Of a DNA stretch of 40,922 bases, positions 1-7,926 are shown one piece after another. Positions within the stretch are counted from its first letter, which is position 1. Each line of letters begins with the position of its first letter. The DNA comes from Gemmatimonadota bacterium (GTDB lineage: Bacteria; Gemmatimonadota; Gemmatimonadetes; Gemmatimonadales; GWC2-71-9). The stretch spans positions 2,209,369 through 2,250,290 of the forward strand of contig CP070716.1 in NCBI GenBank assembly GCA_020350425.1, read 5' to 3'. A model generated the notes under the pieces. The model did not search any database and was not told the origin of the DNA. It saw nothing but the letters and a program-made list of their open reading frames with translations. A program made the translations under genes and the position numbers.

Positions 1-531
1 AGGGGTGACGGGACCGCAGCGCACTTCGGACTAGCCGACGAGGTGGATATCGTGGTCGGCACCTTCTCTAAGTCCCTGGCTTCCATCGGCGGCTTCGTCG
101 CCGGCGACGAGGTCGTCGTCCATTACCTCAAGCACAACAGCCGCCCGTTGATCTTCACGGCCGCACTGCCGCCCGCGAACACCGCCGGCGTGCTCGCCGC
201 GCTGGAGGTCATGATCGCCGAGCCGGAGCGACGGGAGCGCCTGTGGGAGAACACGAGGCGCTTCCAGGAGGGCTGCCGCAGTCTCGGGTTCGACATCGGC
301 CCGACGCAGACGCCGATCGTGCCGGTCCTCATCGGCACGCTGACGAACACCTTTGCCTTCTGGCGTAGGCTGTTCGACGGCGGTGTGTTCACGAACCCGG
401 TGGTGCCGCCGGCCGTACCGCCCGATCAGTGCCGCCTACGGGCGAGCCTGATGGCCACCCACACCGCGGATCAGATCGACTCCGCACTCGAGACGTTCGG
501 GAGGCTCGGTCGGGAGATGGGGGTCATTTGA
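1..531 (+). CDS. spt: Serine palmitoyltransferase (alpha-oxoamine synthase family, PLP-dependent), 5'-truncated by the window edge
   Basis: Frame +1 is open from base 1 (RGDGTAAHFGLADEVDIVV...). It has the PLP-lysine motif GTFSKSLASIGGF (SPT-type GTFSKS rather than BioF/Kbl GTLxKA), plus SRPLIFTAALPP and FTNPVVPPAVP. Followed by bCerS-like and CerR-like genes. Confidence 0.8.
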   Translation, partial: RGDGTAAHFGLADEVDIVVGTFSKSLASIGGFVAGDEVVVHYLKHNSRPLIFTAALPPANTAGVLAALEVMIAEPERRERLWENTRRFQEGCRSLGFDIGPTQTPIVPVLIGTLTNTFAFWRRLFDGGVFTNPVVPPAVPPDQCRLRASLMATHTADQIDSALETFGRLGREMGVI

Positions 532-1649
532 CGCCCACCGTGGTCGTGCGCCCGGTCGAGACCGGCGCCGACCTCAAACAGTTCATCGCCTTTCCGTATC
601 GACTGCACCGTGGGGACCCCCTGTGGGTCCCCCCGTTGCGTATGGACATCCGCACCATGCTGTCGAAGGAGAAGAACCCCTTCTTTCAGCATGCCGACGC
701 CCGGTACTTCGTCGCGGTGACCGCCTCCGGGGACGTCGTCGGGCGCATCGCCGCGATCCACAACCACGCCCACAACGAGTTCCAGGAGGACCGGGTCGGC
801 TTCTTCGGGTTCTTCGAGTGCGTGGACGACCAGGCGGTGGCCCACGCCCTGTTCGAAGCGGCGGCGGCCTGGCTCAAGGAACGGGGCCTGGACACCATGC
901 GGGGTCCCGCCTCCTTCTCCACCAACGACGAGTGCGGCCTGTTGGTCGACGGCTTCGACACGCCGCCCACGCTCCTCAATCCGCACAACCCGCCGTACTA
1001 TGCGGCGCTGGTGGAGCGGGCGGGCTTCACCAAGTCCAAGGACCTGCACCAGTACCAGACGGTGAGCAACCAGCTTCCCGAGCGGCTGGTGCGGGGAGCC
1101 AAGCTGGTCGCCGAGCGCAAGAAGATCACGCTGCGCTCCCTCGACAAGAAGCGGTTCTTCGAGGAGGTGGACCAGATCAAGCCCCTGTACCACGCCGGGT
1201 GGGAGAAGAACTGGGGCTTCGTGCCGATGACCGACGCGGAGATCGATCACCTCGCCAAGCAGCTCAAGCCGGTGGTCGTGCCGGACCTCGTGGTGTTTGC
1301 GGAGCGCGAGGGCAAGACGATCGGGTTCGCCGTGGCGCTCCCCGACTTCAACGTGGCGCTCAAGACGAACCCCTCCGGACGCCTCTTCCCGGGGATCCTC
1401 AAGGTCCTCTGGGCGTCGCGCAGGATCACCCGCATCCGGATCATGCTGCTCGGGGTGCTGCCGGAGTACCGCAACACCGGGGCCGACGCGCTCATGTACC
1501 ACTGGATCTGGGACAAGGGCTATGCGCTCGGCTATCGCTGGGCGGAGGCCGGCTGGCTGCTGGAGGACAACCACCCCATGGCCAACGGACTGCTGCGCAT
1601 GGGGTTCGAGGTGTACAAGACCCTGAGGATGTACGACCGGCCACTGTGA
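528..1649 (+). CDS. bcerS: Bacterial ceramide synthase-like GNAT N-acyltransferase (bCerS/YghO family), 373 aa
   Basis: TTG start overlaps the spt stop (TTGA). Family motifs: FPYRLHRGDPLWVPPL, KNPFF, VGRIAA, GFFGFFEC, RGPASFSTNDECGLLVDGFD, NPPYY, WEKNWGFVPMT, and a C-terminal GNAT region LLGVLPEYRNTG...WLLEDN. Confidence 0.8.
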   Translation: MTPTVVVRPVETGADLKQFIAFPYRLHRGDPLWVPPLRMDIRTMLSKEKNPFFQHADARYFVAVTASGDVVGRIAAIHNHAHNEFQEDRVGFFGFFECVDDQAVAHALFEAAAAWLKERGLDTMRGPASFSTNDECGLLVDGFDTPPTLLNPHNPPYYAALVERAGFTKSKDLHQYQTVSNQLPERLVRGAKLVAERKKITLRSLDKKRFFEEVDQIKPLYHAGWEKNWGFVPMTDAEIDHLAKQLKPVVVPDLVVFAEREGKTIGFAVALPDFNVALKTNPSGRLFPGILKVLWASRRITRIRIMLLGVLPEYRNTGADALMYHWIWDKGYALGYRWAEAGWLLEDNHPMANGLLRMGFEVYKTLRMYDRPL

Positions 1650-2650
1650 GAGCCTGCGTCACGGGCGGGACCGGATTCGTGGGCTCTCACCTCGTCGACG
1701 CACTCCTGCGTCGCGGTGACGAGGTCGTCTGCCTCGTTCGCAGTCCCCAGAAGGCCGCGCGCCTGTTCACCGAGCGCGCGCCCCTCACGGTACGCGGAGA
1801 CCTCACCGACGAGAGCGCCTTGCACGAGGCGTGCGCGGGCGTCGACGTCGTGTTTCACCTCGCCGGGGTCACCGCGGCGCGCGACCGCGCGGAGTTTTTG
1901 GAGATCAACGCGGAGGGAACGCGCCGCGTGCTGCAGGCGGCAGCCGACGCGGCCCCGTCGCTCCAGCGCTTCGTGTACGTCAGCAGCCTTTCGGCTGCCG
2001 GCCCCGCCTCCCGGGGCCACCCGCTGACCGAGCGCGCGCCACCCAAGCCGATCAGCAACTACGGCGCCAGCAAGCTCGCCGCCGAGGAGGCGGTCCGCGG
2101 CGGTCGCGTGCCGTGGAACGTCGTGCGGCCGCCCGCCGTCTACGGGCCGCGGGACGCGGAGCTCGCCCGGGCGTTCAAGCTGGCGCGGTGGGGCCTCGCG
2201 CCGGTGTTCGGGGATGGCTCCCAGGAACTCTCGCTCGTCCACGTGAGCGACCTGGTGGCCGCACTGCTTGCCGTGGTCGACTCGGCCGCGTCCGGCGCCA
2301 CGTACTTCGCGGCGCACCCCGAAATCGTCGCGCAGCGCGAGCTGCAGCGCGCGATCCACGCGGCCGTGCTCCGGGCGCGCGGGGCAACGGCCGGCGGGCT
2401 GCGCCGTCCCATCGTCGTGCCGCTCCCGAGCCTGGTGACCCGCGGGGCGCTCTACGTCACCGGCACCGCCGCGCGCCTGGTGGGGCGGCCTACCGTCCTC
2501 TCCCCCGACAAGGGACCCGAATTCCTCGCCGAGGCGTGGACCTGCTCCTCCGCGGCGCTGGAGCGGGACACGGGGTGGCGAGCCGAGATCCCCGTCGCCG
2601 TCGGGGTCGACCAGACGGCGCGGTGGTACCACGAGCATCGCTGGCTATGA
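1646..2650 (+). CDS. cerR: NAD(P)-dependent epimerase/dehydratase-family (extended SDR) oxidoreductase, probable ceramide reductase CerR, 334 aa
   Basis: GTG start overlaps the upstream TGA. Rossmann motif VTGGTGFVG, HLAG, SSLSA, catalytic YGASK and RPPAVYGP. The CerR assignment rests on operon context. Confidence 0.65.
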   Translation: MRACVTGGTGFVGSHLVDALLRRGDEVVCLVRSPQKAARLFTERAPLTVRGDLTDESALHEACAGVDVVFHLAGVTAARDRAEFLEINAEGTRRVLQAAADAAPSLQRFVYVSSLSAAGPASRGHPLTERAPPKPISNYGASKLAAEEAVRGGRVPWNVVRPPAVYGPRDAELARAFKLARWGLAPVFGDGSQELSLVHVSDLVAALLAVVDSAASGATYFAAHPEIVAQRELQRAIHAAVLRARGATAGGLRRPIVVPLPSLVTRGALYVTGTAARLVGRPTVLSPDKGPEFLAEAWTCSSAALERDTGWRAEIPVAVGVDQTARWYHEHRWL

Positions 2651-3483
2651 ACCCGGTCGACAAGCTGCTCGCCGCGTACCTCGCGTTCGTGACGGTGATG
2701 GCGGCCGCACGCGGCGGCCTCGACGAGCCCACCACCTGGTGGATCGTCCTGGCGCACGCGCTCTTCGGGCTGCTGCTCTACCTGTTCACCCGTCTCACAC
2801 CGGAGAACCGCGCCGGCCAGTTCATCCACGATCTGTACCCGCTGCTCCTGCTCCCCGCGCTGTACACGGAGATCGGGCTCGTGAACGAAGTGTTCGGGAT
2901 CGACCGCGTCTTCCAGAACGACGCCCTGGTGCAGCGGTGGGAGGCCGCGCTGTTCGGCGGCCAGGTCTCCTACACGTGGATTCGCACGTTCCCGTCGGTG
3001 TTCTGGTCGGGCCTGCTGCACGTTGCCTACGTGAGCTACTACCCGATCGTCTACCTGGGACCGATCATCCTGGTGTTCCGCGGGCGACGCGACCGCGCGC
3101 GCCGTGTGCTGCTGGCCACCATGACCGCCTACGTCGTGTGCTACGTGGTGTTCATCGCCTTTCCGGTGGCCGGCCCCAACTGGGTGTTCGACCACCCGAC
3201 CGGTCCGGTGCGCGACGTGTGGAGCGCCCGCATGGTCTATGCCCTGCTCGCGGGCGGCTCGTCGGTGGGCGCGGCGTTCCCGTCGTCGCACGTCGCCGCT
3301 ACGATGGCAGCGGTGGCGGCGCTGTGGTGGGAGTGGCGCACGCTGTTCGCCGTGTTCGTGGTCCCGGCCACCCTCATGACCATCGCCACGGTGTACTGCC
3401 AGATGCACTACGCCATCGATGCGACGCTGGGGCTGCTGATCGGCGTGGGGTCGGCGGGAGTCGCGCGCCGCATCAAGCCATAG
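2647..3483 (+). CDS. PAP2-superfamily membrane protein of Aur1/inositol-phosphorylceramide-synthase type, 278 aa
   Basis: ATG overlaps the upstream TGA (ATGA). Multiple hydrophobic helices; motifs LHVAYVSYY, FPVAGP, AAFPSSHV and MHYAID (His/His/Asp triad). No KxxxxxxRP phosphatase C1 motif seen. Confidence 0.75.
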   Translation: MNPVDKLLAAYLAFVTVMAAARGGLDEPTTWWIVLAHALFGLLLYLFTRLTPENRAGQFIHDLYPLLLLPALYTEIGLVNEVFGIDRVFQNDALVQRWEAALFGGQVSYTWIRTFPSVFWSGLLHVAYVSYYPIVYLGPIILVFRGRRDRARRVLLATMTAYVVCYVVFIAFPVAGPNWVFDHPTGPVRDVWSARMVYALLAGGSSVGAAFPSSHVAATMAAVAALWWEWRTLFAVFVVPATLMTIATVYCQMHYAIDATLGLLIGVGSAGVARRIKP

Positions 3484-3498
3484 CACCCCAGCCGCGCG

Positions 3499-4617
3499 CT
3501 AGTGCTGGTGCGTCGAGTGGTCGTGCTCCGCGGCCACCGCCGCCCCCATACTCTCGACCGCCATCCCCGCGATCATCTCGTACGGGCCACGGACCTGCTG
3601 CAGGTAGTGCGCCCGGTCGAGCACGTAGAGCTCGTGCTGCTGCGAGGCGCGGGGCCACATCTCCGCCTTCGCCGGCTTGAAAACGCCGGCCACGACGCCC
3701 ATGCCCCCGGCGTACAGCGTGTCGGCGGTGGGGTTGTCGTAGGTCACCGAGACGCGATAGACGTGATCGGGCGTGATCTTCACGCCCCCGGTGCGGTACA
3801 GACGGCCGATGGTAACTCCCACGACCTCCTCTCCCTCATCGGTGATCGCCCGTCCCTCCCAGATCACCCGATTCTCGGTGACGTCCTCGAACTTGATGCT
3901 CGTCGCGTTCTCGTGCAGGTGGCTCCCAATGACCATGATGCGCCCCGGCATCACCGGGCTCGCCTCGTAGGACCAGGTCGATTCCCCCGGCGGCAGATCG
4001 AACGACTTGTCGCCTGCGGGGAACGCCACGTCCATCTGAAAGGGGAAGACGTTCATGAGGGGCCAGGGCCGACCGGCCTTTACGTACCGGAGCTTCACGC
4101 GTACGGTGACACCGACATGGTCCGCACCGGTGGGATTGTGGAGCATCGCGCTCACCACCATGCGGGTCCCGCCGGGCACGGGGTACCCCATCAGCAACCA
4201 CGGCATCGATTGTGCGCCCGTCTCCTTCCCCACGGCGAGAATCCGCTGAGAGATGGGGAGGAACAGCTCGCGGAAGTCGGGGTTGATCAGGTTCAGGTGG
4301 TGCACCAGCTCCGTCGGCAGCGGGGTTCCCTGCGCGTCGAGCACCTCGTAGTCGAACCCGTACAGGTAGACGGCGAAGGGGAAGCTCAACTCCGTCACCG
4401 GCGGAAAGACCGCTCCGCCGTGGCCGCCGTGCCCCCCGTGACCGGCCTCGGCCTCTCCGACCGCCATCGGCCCGCCTGGAAGGTCGACGGGACCGATCTC
4501 CACGACGAGCTCCTGCGCCTCGTCGTCGTTGACCAGCCGGACGGTCGGCTCCTGCGCCAACCCGATCCGGCCCGTGCCCGCGATCAGCACCAACGCAGCC
4601 ATAGCTCTCAACACCAC
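3499..4617 (-). CDS. Secreted protein with probable copper type II (PHM/DBH-like) monooxygenase fold
   Basis: Signal peptide ending GLA|QE. Ordered putative Cu ligands VHHLNL, MLHNP, GSHLHE and GGMG. His-rich segments GHGGHGGHGG and EHDHSTHQH. Confidence 0.55.
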   Translation of the reverse strand: MVLRAMAALVLIAGTGRIGLAQEPTVRLVNDDEAQELVVEIGPVDLPGGPMAVGEAEAGHGGHGGHGGAVFPPVTELSFPFAVYLYGFDYEVLDAQGTPLPTELVHHLNLINPDFRELFLPISQRILAVGKETGAQSMPWLLMGYPVPGGTRMVVSAMLHNPTGADHVGVTVRVKLRYVKAGRPWPLMNVFPFQMDVAFPAGDKSFDLPPGESTWSYEASPVMPGRIMVIGSHLHENATSIKFEDVTENRVIWEGRAITDEGEEVVGVTIGRLYRTGGVKITPDHVYRVSVTYDNPTADTLYAGGMGVVAGVFKPAKAEMWPRASQQHELYVLDRAHYLQQVRGPYEMIAGMAVESMGAAVAAEHDHSTHQH

Positions 4618-4669
4618 TTGGGACTCCCGGTTCTGGAAGTCCTAATGGAACTATCGGCTTTGCTGGAAA

Positions 4670-6133
4670 TCAAGCCTGCGCGGCCAGCGCGGTTCGCTGC
4701 ATCGGGTCCACGTCGGGAGCCACAGGCAGCACCCCGTCGATCCCCTCCGGGATGGGTACACCCAGATGCCCCAGGATGAGAGGAAAGGTGTCCACCGTGC
4801 GCACCGGGCCCACCAGATGCCGATTCGAGGCCACCAGGCAGCGCATGTGATCGGCGGTGAGGCTGCCGTGACCCGAGCGATGCTCCGGGATCTCCCAGTC
4901 GCGCCGCAGGTCCCAACCCACCTCGGCGATGATCACCAGGTCGCCCGCGCGGGGTGACCGGAAGAGCTGCAACAGTTGCGTCGGGGCGTCGGGATACGGC
5001 GAGCTCATCGTGCGCCGCAGCCACTCGCGGTCGTCGTGCTCGGCGGGGCCACCCAGCCCCAGCAGGTCCGCCGTATCGGGCAGATAGCGGATGCGGCCCC
5101 CGCCGGAGTCCACCAACCGCGCACGGCCCTCTCTGCCCACCAGCCGCACGGCGTCCCCGTCGTTCCCCACGACCAGCGCCACGCCAGGGAGCTGGGCCAA
5201 CTCGCGCACCAGGTTGCGGGGGATGTCCGCCACCATTCCGGCCTCGATCTCGCCGATCGTGAACCGCCGCGGGCGCGGCGTGCCGGGCCGGAGATAGAGC
5301 TGCACGGAGCCGTTGCCGGACACCATCACCCCCACCTTGGGGTCGCGGCGCCAGATCGCTGGGTAGCGCAGCGCCGGCATCCCCATCGCCTCCAACTCGA
5401 GACTCACGTCAGTGTGGTGCTCCACGGGCGTGAGACCGTGGTCGCTCACCAGCAGCGTGAGATGGTCGCCGTCGAAGCCGCCTGCCGCTGCGTAGTCACC
5501 GATGATGCGATCGAAGCCGCGGTACATGTCGAGCACGAGCGTGTGCCAGGGATCCCAGAAGTGGGTCACGCCGTCCACGCCGGGAAACACCGCGAACACG
5601 AAGCGGTGGCGCTCACGTGTCGTGCGGCAGAGTGCCCGCCCGACGGCCCGCTCGAGCGGCCCGTACGTGCCCACGTAGTGCGCCAGCGCCCCCCACAGCG
5701 CCCGCGCCCGCTGCACCCGGTCGCGCTCGGGCGGGAGCCCCCGGGTCAACGGACTGCACAGGGACACCGACTCGGGGACGAGATCGAACAGCGTGACGAG
5801 TCCGGGACGGAGATCGCTGTTGATGAGGCCGCCCTGCGGGCCGCAGTAGCTGCGCAGGTGCTCGCGGTCGCGCCACCACTCGCCGGTGTAGCCCCGCACA
5901 TCCATCCAGCGGATGCCGGGCACGTCGCAGGTACCCGGATAACACCCCGTGAGGAACGGCAGGTACGCCACCCCTGTGGTGGACGGGAAGACGGTGGTGG
6001 CGGGCACCATCCCGCCGGACTCCAGCAGGTACCGGCTGATGTTGGGGAGATCTCCCGCAGCGACGAGGTGCGCGAAGACATCGGCCCTCGCGCCGTCGAG
6101 AATGACCAGTGTCGCTCTGCGATCCGTCGTCAC
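4670..6133 (-). CDS. Alkaline phosphatase superfamily nucleotide pyrophosphatase/phosphodiesterase (type I phosphodiesterase), 487 aa
   Basis: LVILDGAR, FPSTTGVAY (catalytic Thr region), PGVDGVTH, VSDHG and SGHGS. GTG start at 6133 chosen because the upstream ORF extension lies in the divergent intergenic region. Confidence 0.85.
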   Translation of the reverse strand: MTTDRRATLVILDGARADVFAHLVAAGDLPNISRYLLESGGMVPATTVFPSTTGVAYLPFLTGCYPGTCDVPGIRWMDVRGYTGEWWRDREHLRSYCGPQGGLINSDLRPGLVTLFDLVPESVSLCSPLTRGLPPERDRVQRARALWGALAHYVGTYGPLERAVGRALCRTTRERHRFVFAVFPGVDGVTHFWDPWHTLVLDMYRGFDRIIGDYAAAGGFDGDHLTLLVSDHGLTPVEHHTDVSLELEAMGMPALRYPAIWRRDPKVGVMVSGNGSVQLYLRPGTPRPRRFTIGEIEAGMVADIPRNLVRELAQLPGVALVVGNDGDAVRLVGREGRARLVDSGGGRIRYLPDTADLLGLGGPAEHDDREWLRRTMSSPYPDAPTQLLQLFRSPRAGDLVIIAEVGWDLRRDWEIPEHRSGHGSLTADHMRCLVASNRHLVGPVRTVDTFPLILGHLGVPIPEGIDGVLPVAPDVDPMQRTALAAQA

Positions 6134-6170
6134 GGTTCGCCAATCTACCCAAGGCGCTTGAATTTTGCAG
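6134..6170 (-). promoter_or_regulatory. Candidate sigma70-type promoter for a leaderless or near-leaderless phosphodiesterase transcript
   Basis: Minus strand reads CTGCAA-N17-TAGATT, with the -10 at 6147-6142, 8 nt before the GTG at 6133. No Shine-Dalgarno. Locally AT-rich divergent spacer. Confidence 0.35.
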
Positions 6171-6192
6171 ACAATCGGTGAACTTGCATCGC

Positions 6193-6990
6193 ATGCCACC
6201 ACCACCACCGTGCACACACCTCGGCAAACACTGCCGTGAGCTGAGGGTGACCATGCGCGTCGCCGACCTGGAGGATGACAGCCAGAGTCTCCAGGATGCG
6301 TCGGCCACCTGGATGCTGGGACACACCGAGCGCATCACGATGGGAAAGCCCTACGTCGACGGGATCGAGCTGCTCGTCGATGCCACGATCCACGTGCCGT
6401 GCAAGTACCTCGACGTGCACGACGCCGCGGGCACCTCCCAGCACAACGGGCACCCCAGCGCCAGGTGCAAGGCGCACGGATTCCGCGGCCCCCTTCCCCG
6501 ACTCAGCCAGCCGGCACCGCAGGACCGATACGTGTTCCGCCGGGGCGGCAACCGCTTCGCCGTCGTGTACCGCGGCAAGCGCCGCGTGCTCGAGCTGCCG
6601 CTCAAGCGGGCCGCGCAGCGCGCGCTGCCCGTGATGCAGGGGAAGAACCCCTGTCTCGACGCGCCGTGCCGCACGGCCGACAACACCAAGGGCGCGGCGT
6701 GTTGCCGCGACCTCACGCTCGACCTGGTGCTTCCCAAGTCGCACACGCGGACGGAGTCGCTGTTGCGGTCCCGCAAGTCGCCGTACCTGTGCAAGGTCGA
6801 TCGTGACGGGCCCGATTCGGTGGAAATAGAGGTGATCTCGGCGTGCGGCTATCTCGACGCCGACGGCGTCAGCTGCGTGCTGCACGACCGCGTGCTTCCC
6901 AATGGCCGGGGCGCGAAGCCTTCCATCTGCTATGAGTGGCCCGATCTGGGCCCCGACGACGTCGGGCACCCGGGGTGCGCGCTGACGTGA
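6193..6990 (+). CDS. Cys-rich YkgJ/CxxCxxCC-like (putative Fe-S/Zn-binding) protein with two tandem related domains, 265 aa
   Basis: C-terminal half PCLDAPC...AACCRD...ACGYLD..SCVLHDR...KPSICYEWP matches the CxxCxxCC family pattern. N-terminal half PC....HCREL...PCKYLD...RCKAH is a degenerate copy. Confidence 0.6.
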   Translation: MPPPPPCTHLGKHCRELRVTMRVADLEDDSQSLQDASATWMLGHTERITMGKPYVDGIELLVDATIHVPCKYLDVHDAAGTSQHNGHPSARCKAHGFRGPLPRLSQPAPQDRYVFRRGGNRFAVVYRGKRRVLELPLKRAAQRALPVMQGKNPCLDAPCRTADNTKGAACCRDLTLDLVLPKSHTRTESLLRSRKSPYLCKVDRDGPDSVEIEVISACGYLDADGVSCVLHDRVLPNGRGAKPSICYEWPDLGPDDVGHPGCALT

Positions 6991-7068
6991 GGAGCGCGGG
7001 GGCTGGAGAGCTGGAGGCGGGGAAGAACGGGTGCGCGCTGGCGTGACCGGCGCCGACCGGCATCAGGG

Positions 7069-7926
7069 TCAGTAAGTGATCGAAAACGAATACTCCCCCT
7101 GGACGGGGCGACCCTCCGCCGTTCGCGCCGGGTAGAAGGTCCACTCGAACAACCTGTCGAGCAGCTTCTTGCGGAAGTCTGAGTCGGAGATCTCGGGCTC
7201 GACCGTCACCCGTGTGACCCGGCCCCGGGAGTTCACCCAGAAGCGGATCGTGTACTCCTTGCCCCGCACCGATGCGGGCGGATCCAGGGCCGGAAGGACC
7301 TGATTGCGGGCCTTCGGCGCCTCCACGGCACCACCACCACCCGATCCCGGCCCGATGTTGCTACCCATCCCCGTTCCCTGACCCGAACCCACACCGCCGC
7401 CGCTGCCCGATCCCGTGCCGGCACCCTCGCCGGTTCCGGCACCCACGTCCTGCGGCCGGGTGACGACGACGCGCTGCACGGTGGTTGGGGGTGCGATCTC
7501 CGCCACCTCCGGTGGGATCAAGTTGAGGTCCGGCTTGGGCAACACCAGCTCCACCAGCTCTTCATCGGGCTCGGGCGCCTGCAGCGCTACGGGAGCCGGC
7601 CTGGGTGGCGCGGGGGGCAGGTTGATGAATTGCACGCCCTTGTTGCCGCCGCCGCCGCCCCCGCCGACCGCACCGGGGCCGTCGCCCTCGCCCACGAAGG
7701 CCAGCGCCTGCCCCCCCACGATGGCCAGCACGATCGCCGCGGCATGGAGCACGGCCGCCGCGCCCGCGCCGGCCCCAAGCCTGCGGTCGCGACGCGGCAG
7801 GCTGCCGGTAGGGGCGCGCCGCGGCGCCTGCGGGCGCTCGTACACTTTCTGCCCGTACAGGGCCTGCAGTTCATGCAGCCCCGGATCGGTGCGTGGCACG
7901 GGTCTCGCCCGGGGGTGCGCGCTCAT
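7069..7926 (-). CDS. TonB-like energy transducer (N-terminal TM, Pro/Gly-rich linker, TonB C-terminal domain)
   Basis: TM segment AAAVLHAAAIVLAIV with His, Pro-rich and GxG-rich linker, and C-terminal IRFWVNSRGRV...WTFYPARTAEGRPV typical of TonB_C. Confidence 0.7.
   Translation of the reverse strand: MSAHPRARPVPRTDPGLHELQALYGQKVYERPQAPRRAPTGSLPRRDRRLGAGAGAAAVLHAAAIVLAIVGGQALAFVGEGDGPGAVGGGGGGGNKGVQFINLPPAPPRPAPVALQAPEPDEELVELVLPKPDLNLIPPEVAEIAPPTTVQRVVVTRPQDVGAGTGEGAGTGSGSGGGVGSGQGTGMGSNIGPGSGGGGAVEAPKARNQVLPALDPPASVRGKEYTIRFWVNSRGRVTRVTVEPEISDSDFRKKLLDRLFEWTFYPARTAEGRPVQGEYSFSITY

Noticed and set aside
1-531. Annotation as bioF or kbl
   Set aside because: The GTFSKS motif and the adjacent bCerS/CerR-like genes favour SPT, and no other bio or tdh genes are visible. 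The gene is truncated, so this is not fully excluded.
429-2646. Long N-terminal extensions in the ORF track (429, 623 and 1831 starts) suggesting fusion proteins
   Set aside because: True starts are at the 4-bp stop/start overlaps (528, 1646, 2647). The extensions are off-frame translations of the upstream genes. The same applies to the track starts for actD, actF, the kinase and the SBP.
6991-7068. Possible bidirectional terminator or small RNA between convergent genes
   Set aside because: No convincing stem-loop with a U-tract and no tRNA-like structure seen.
7320-7445. Short repetitive GC-rich tract, considered as a tandem repeat or CRISPR-like array
   Set aside because: It encodes the Gly-rich linker of the TonB-like protein. 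There is no repeat-spacer periodicity and no cas genes.
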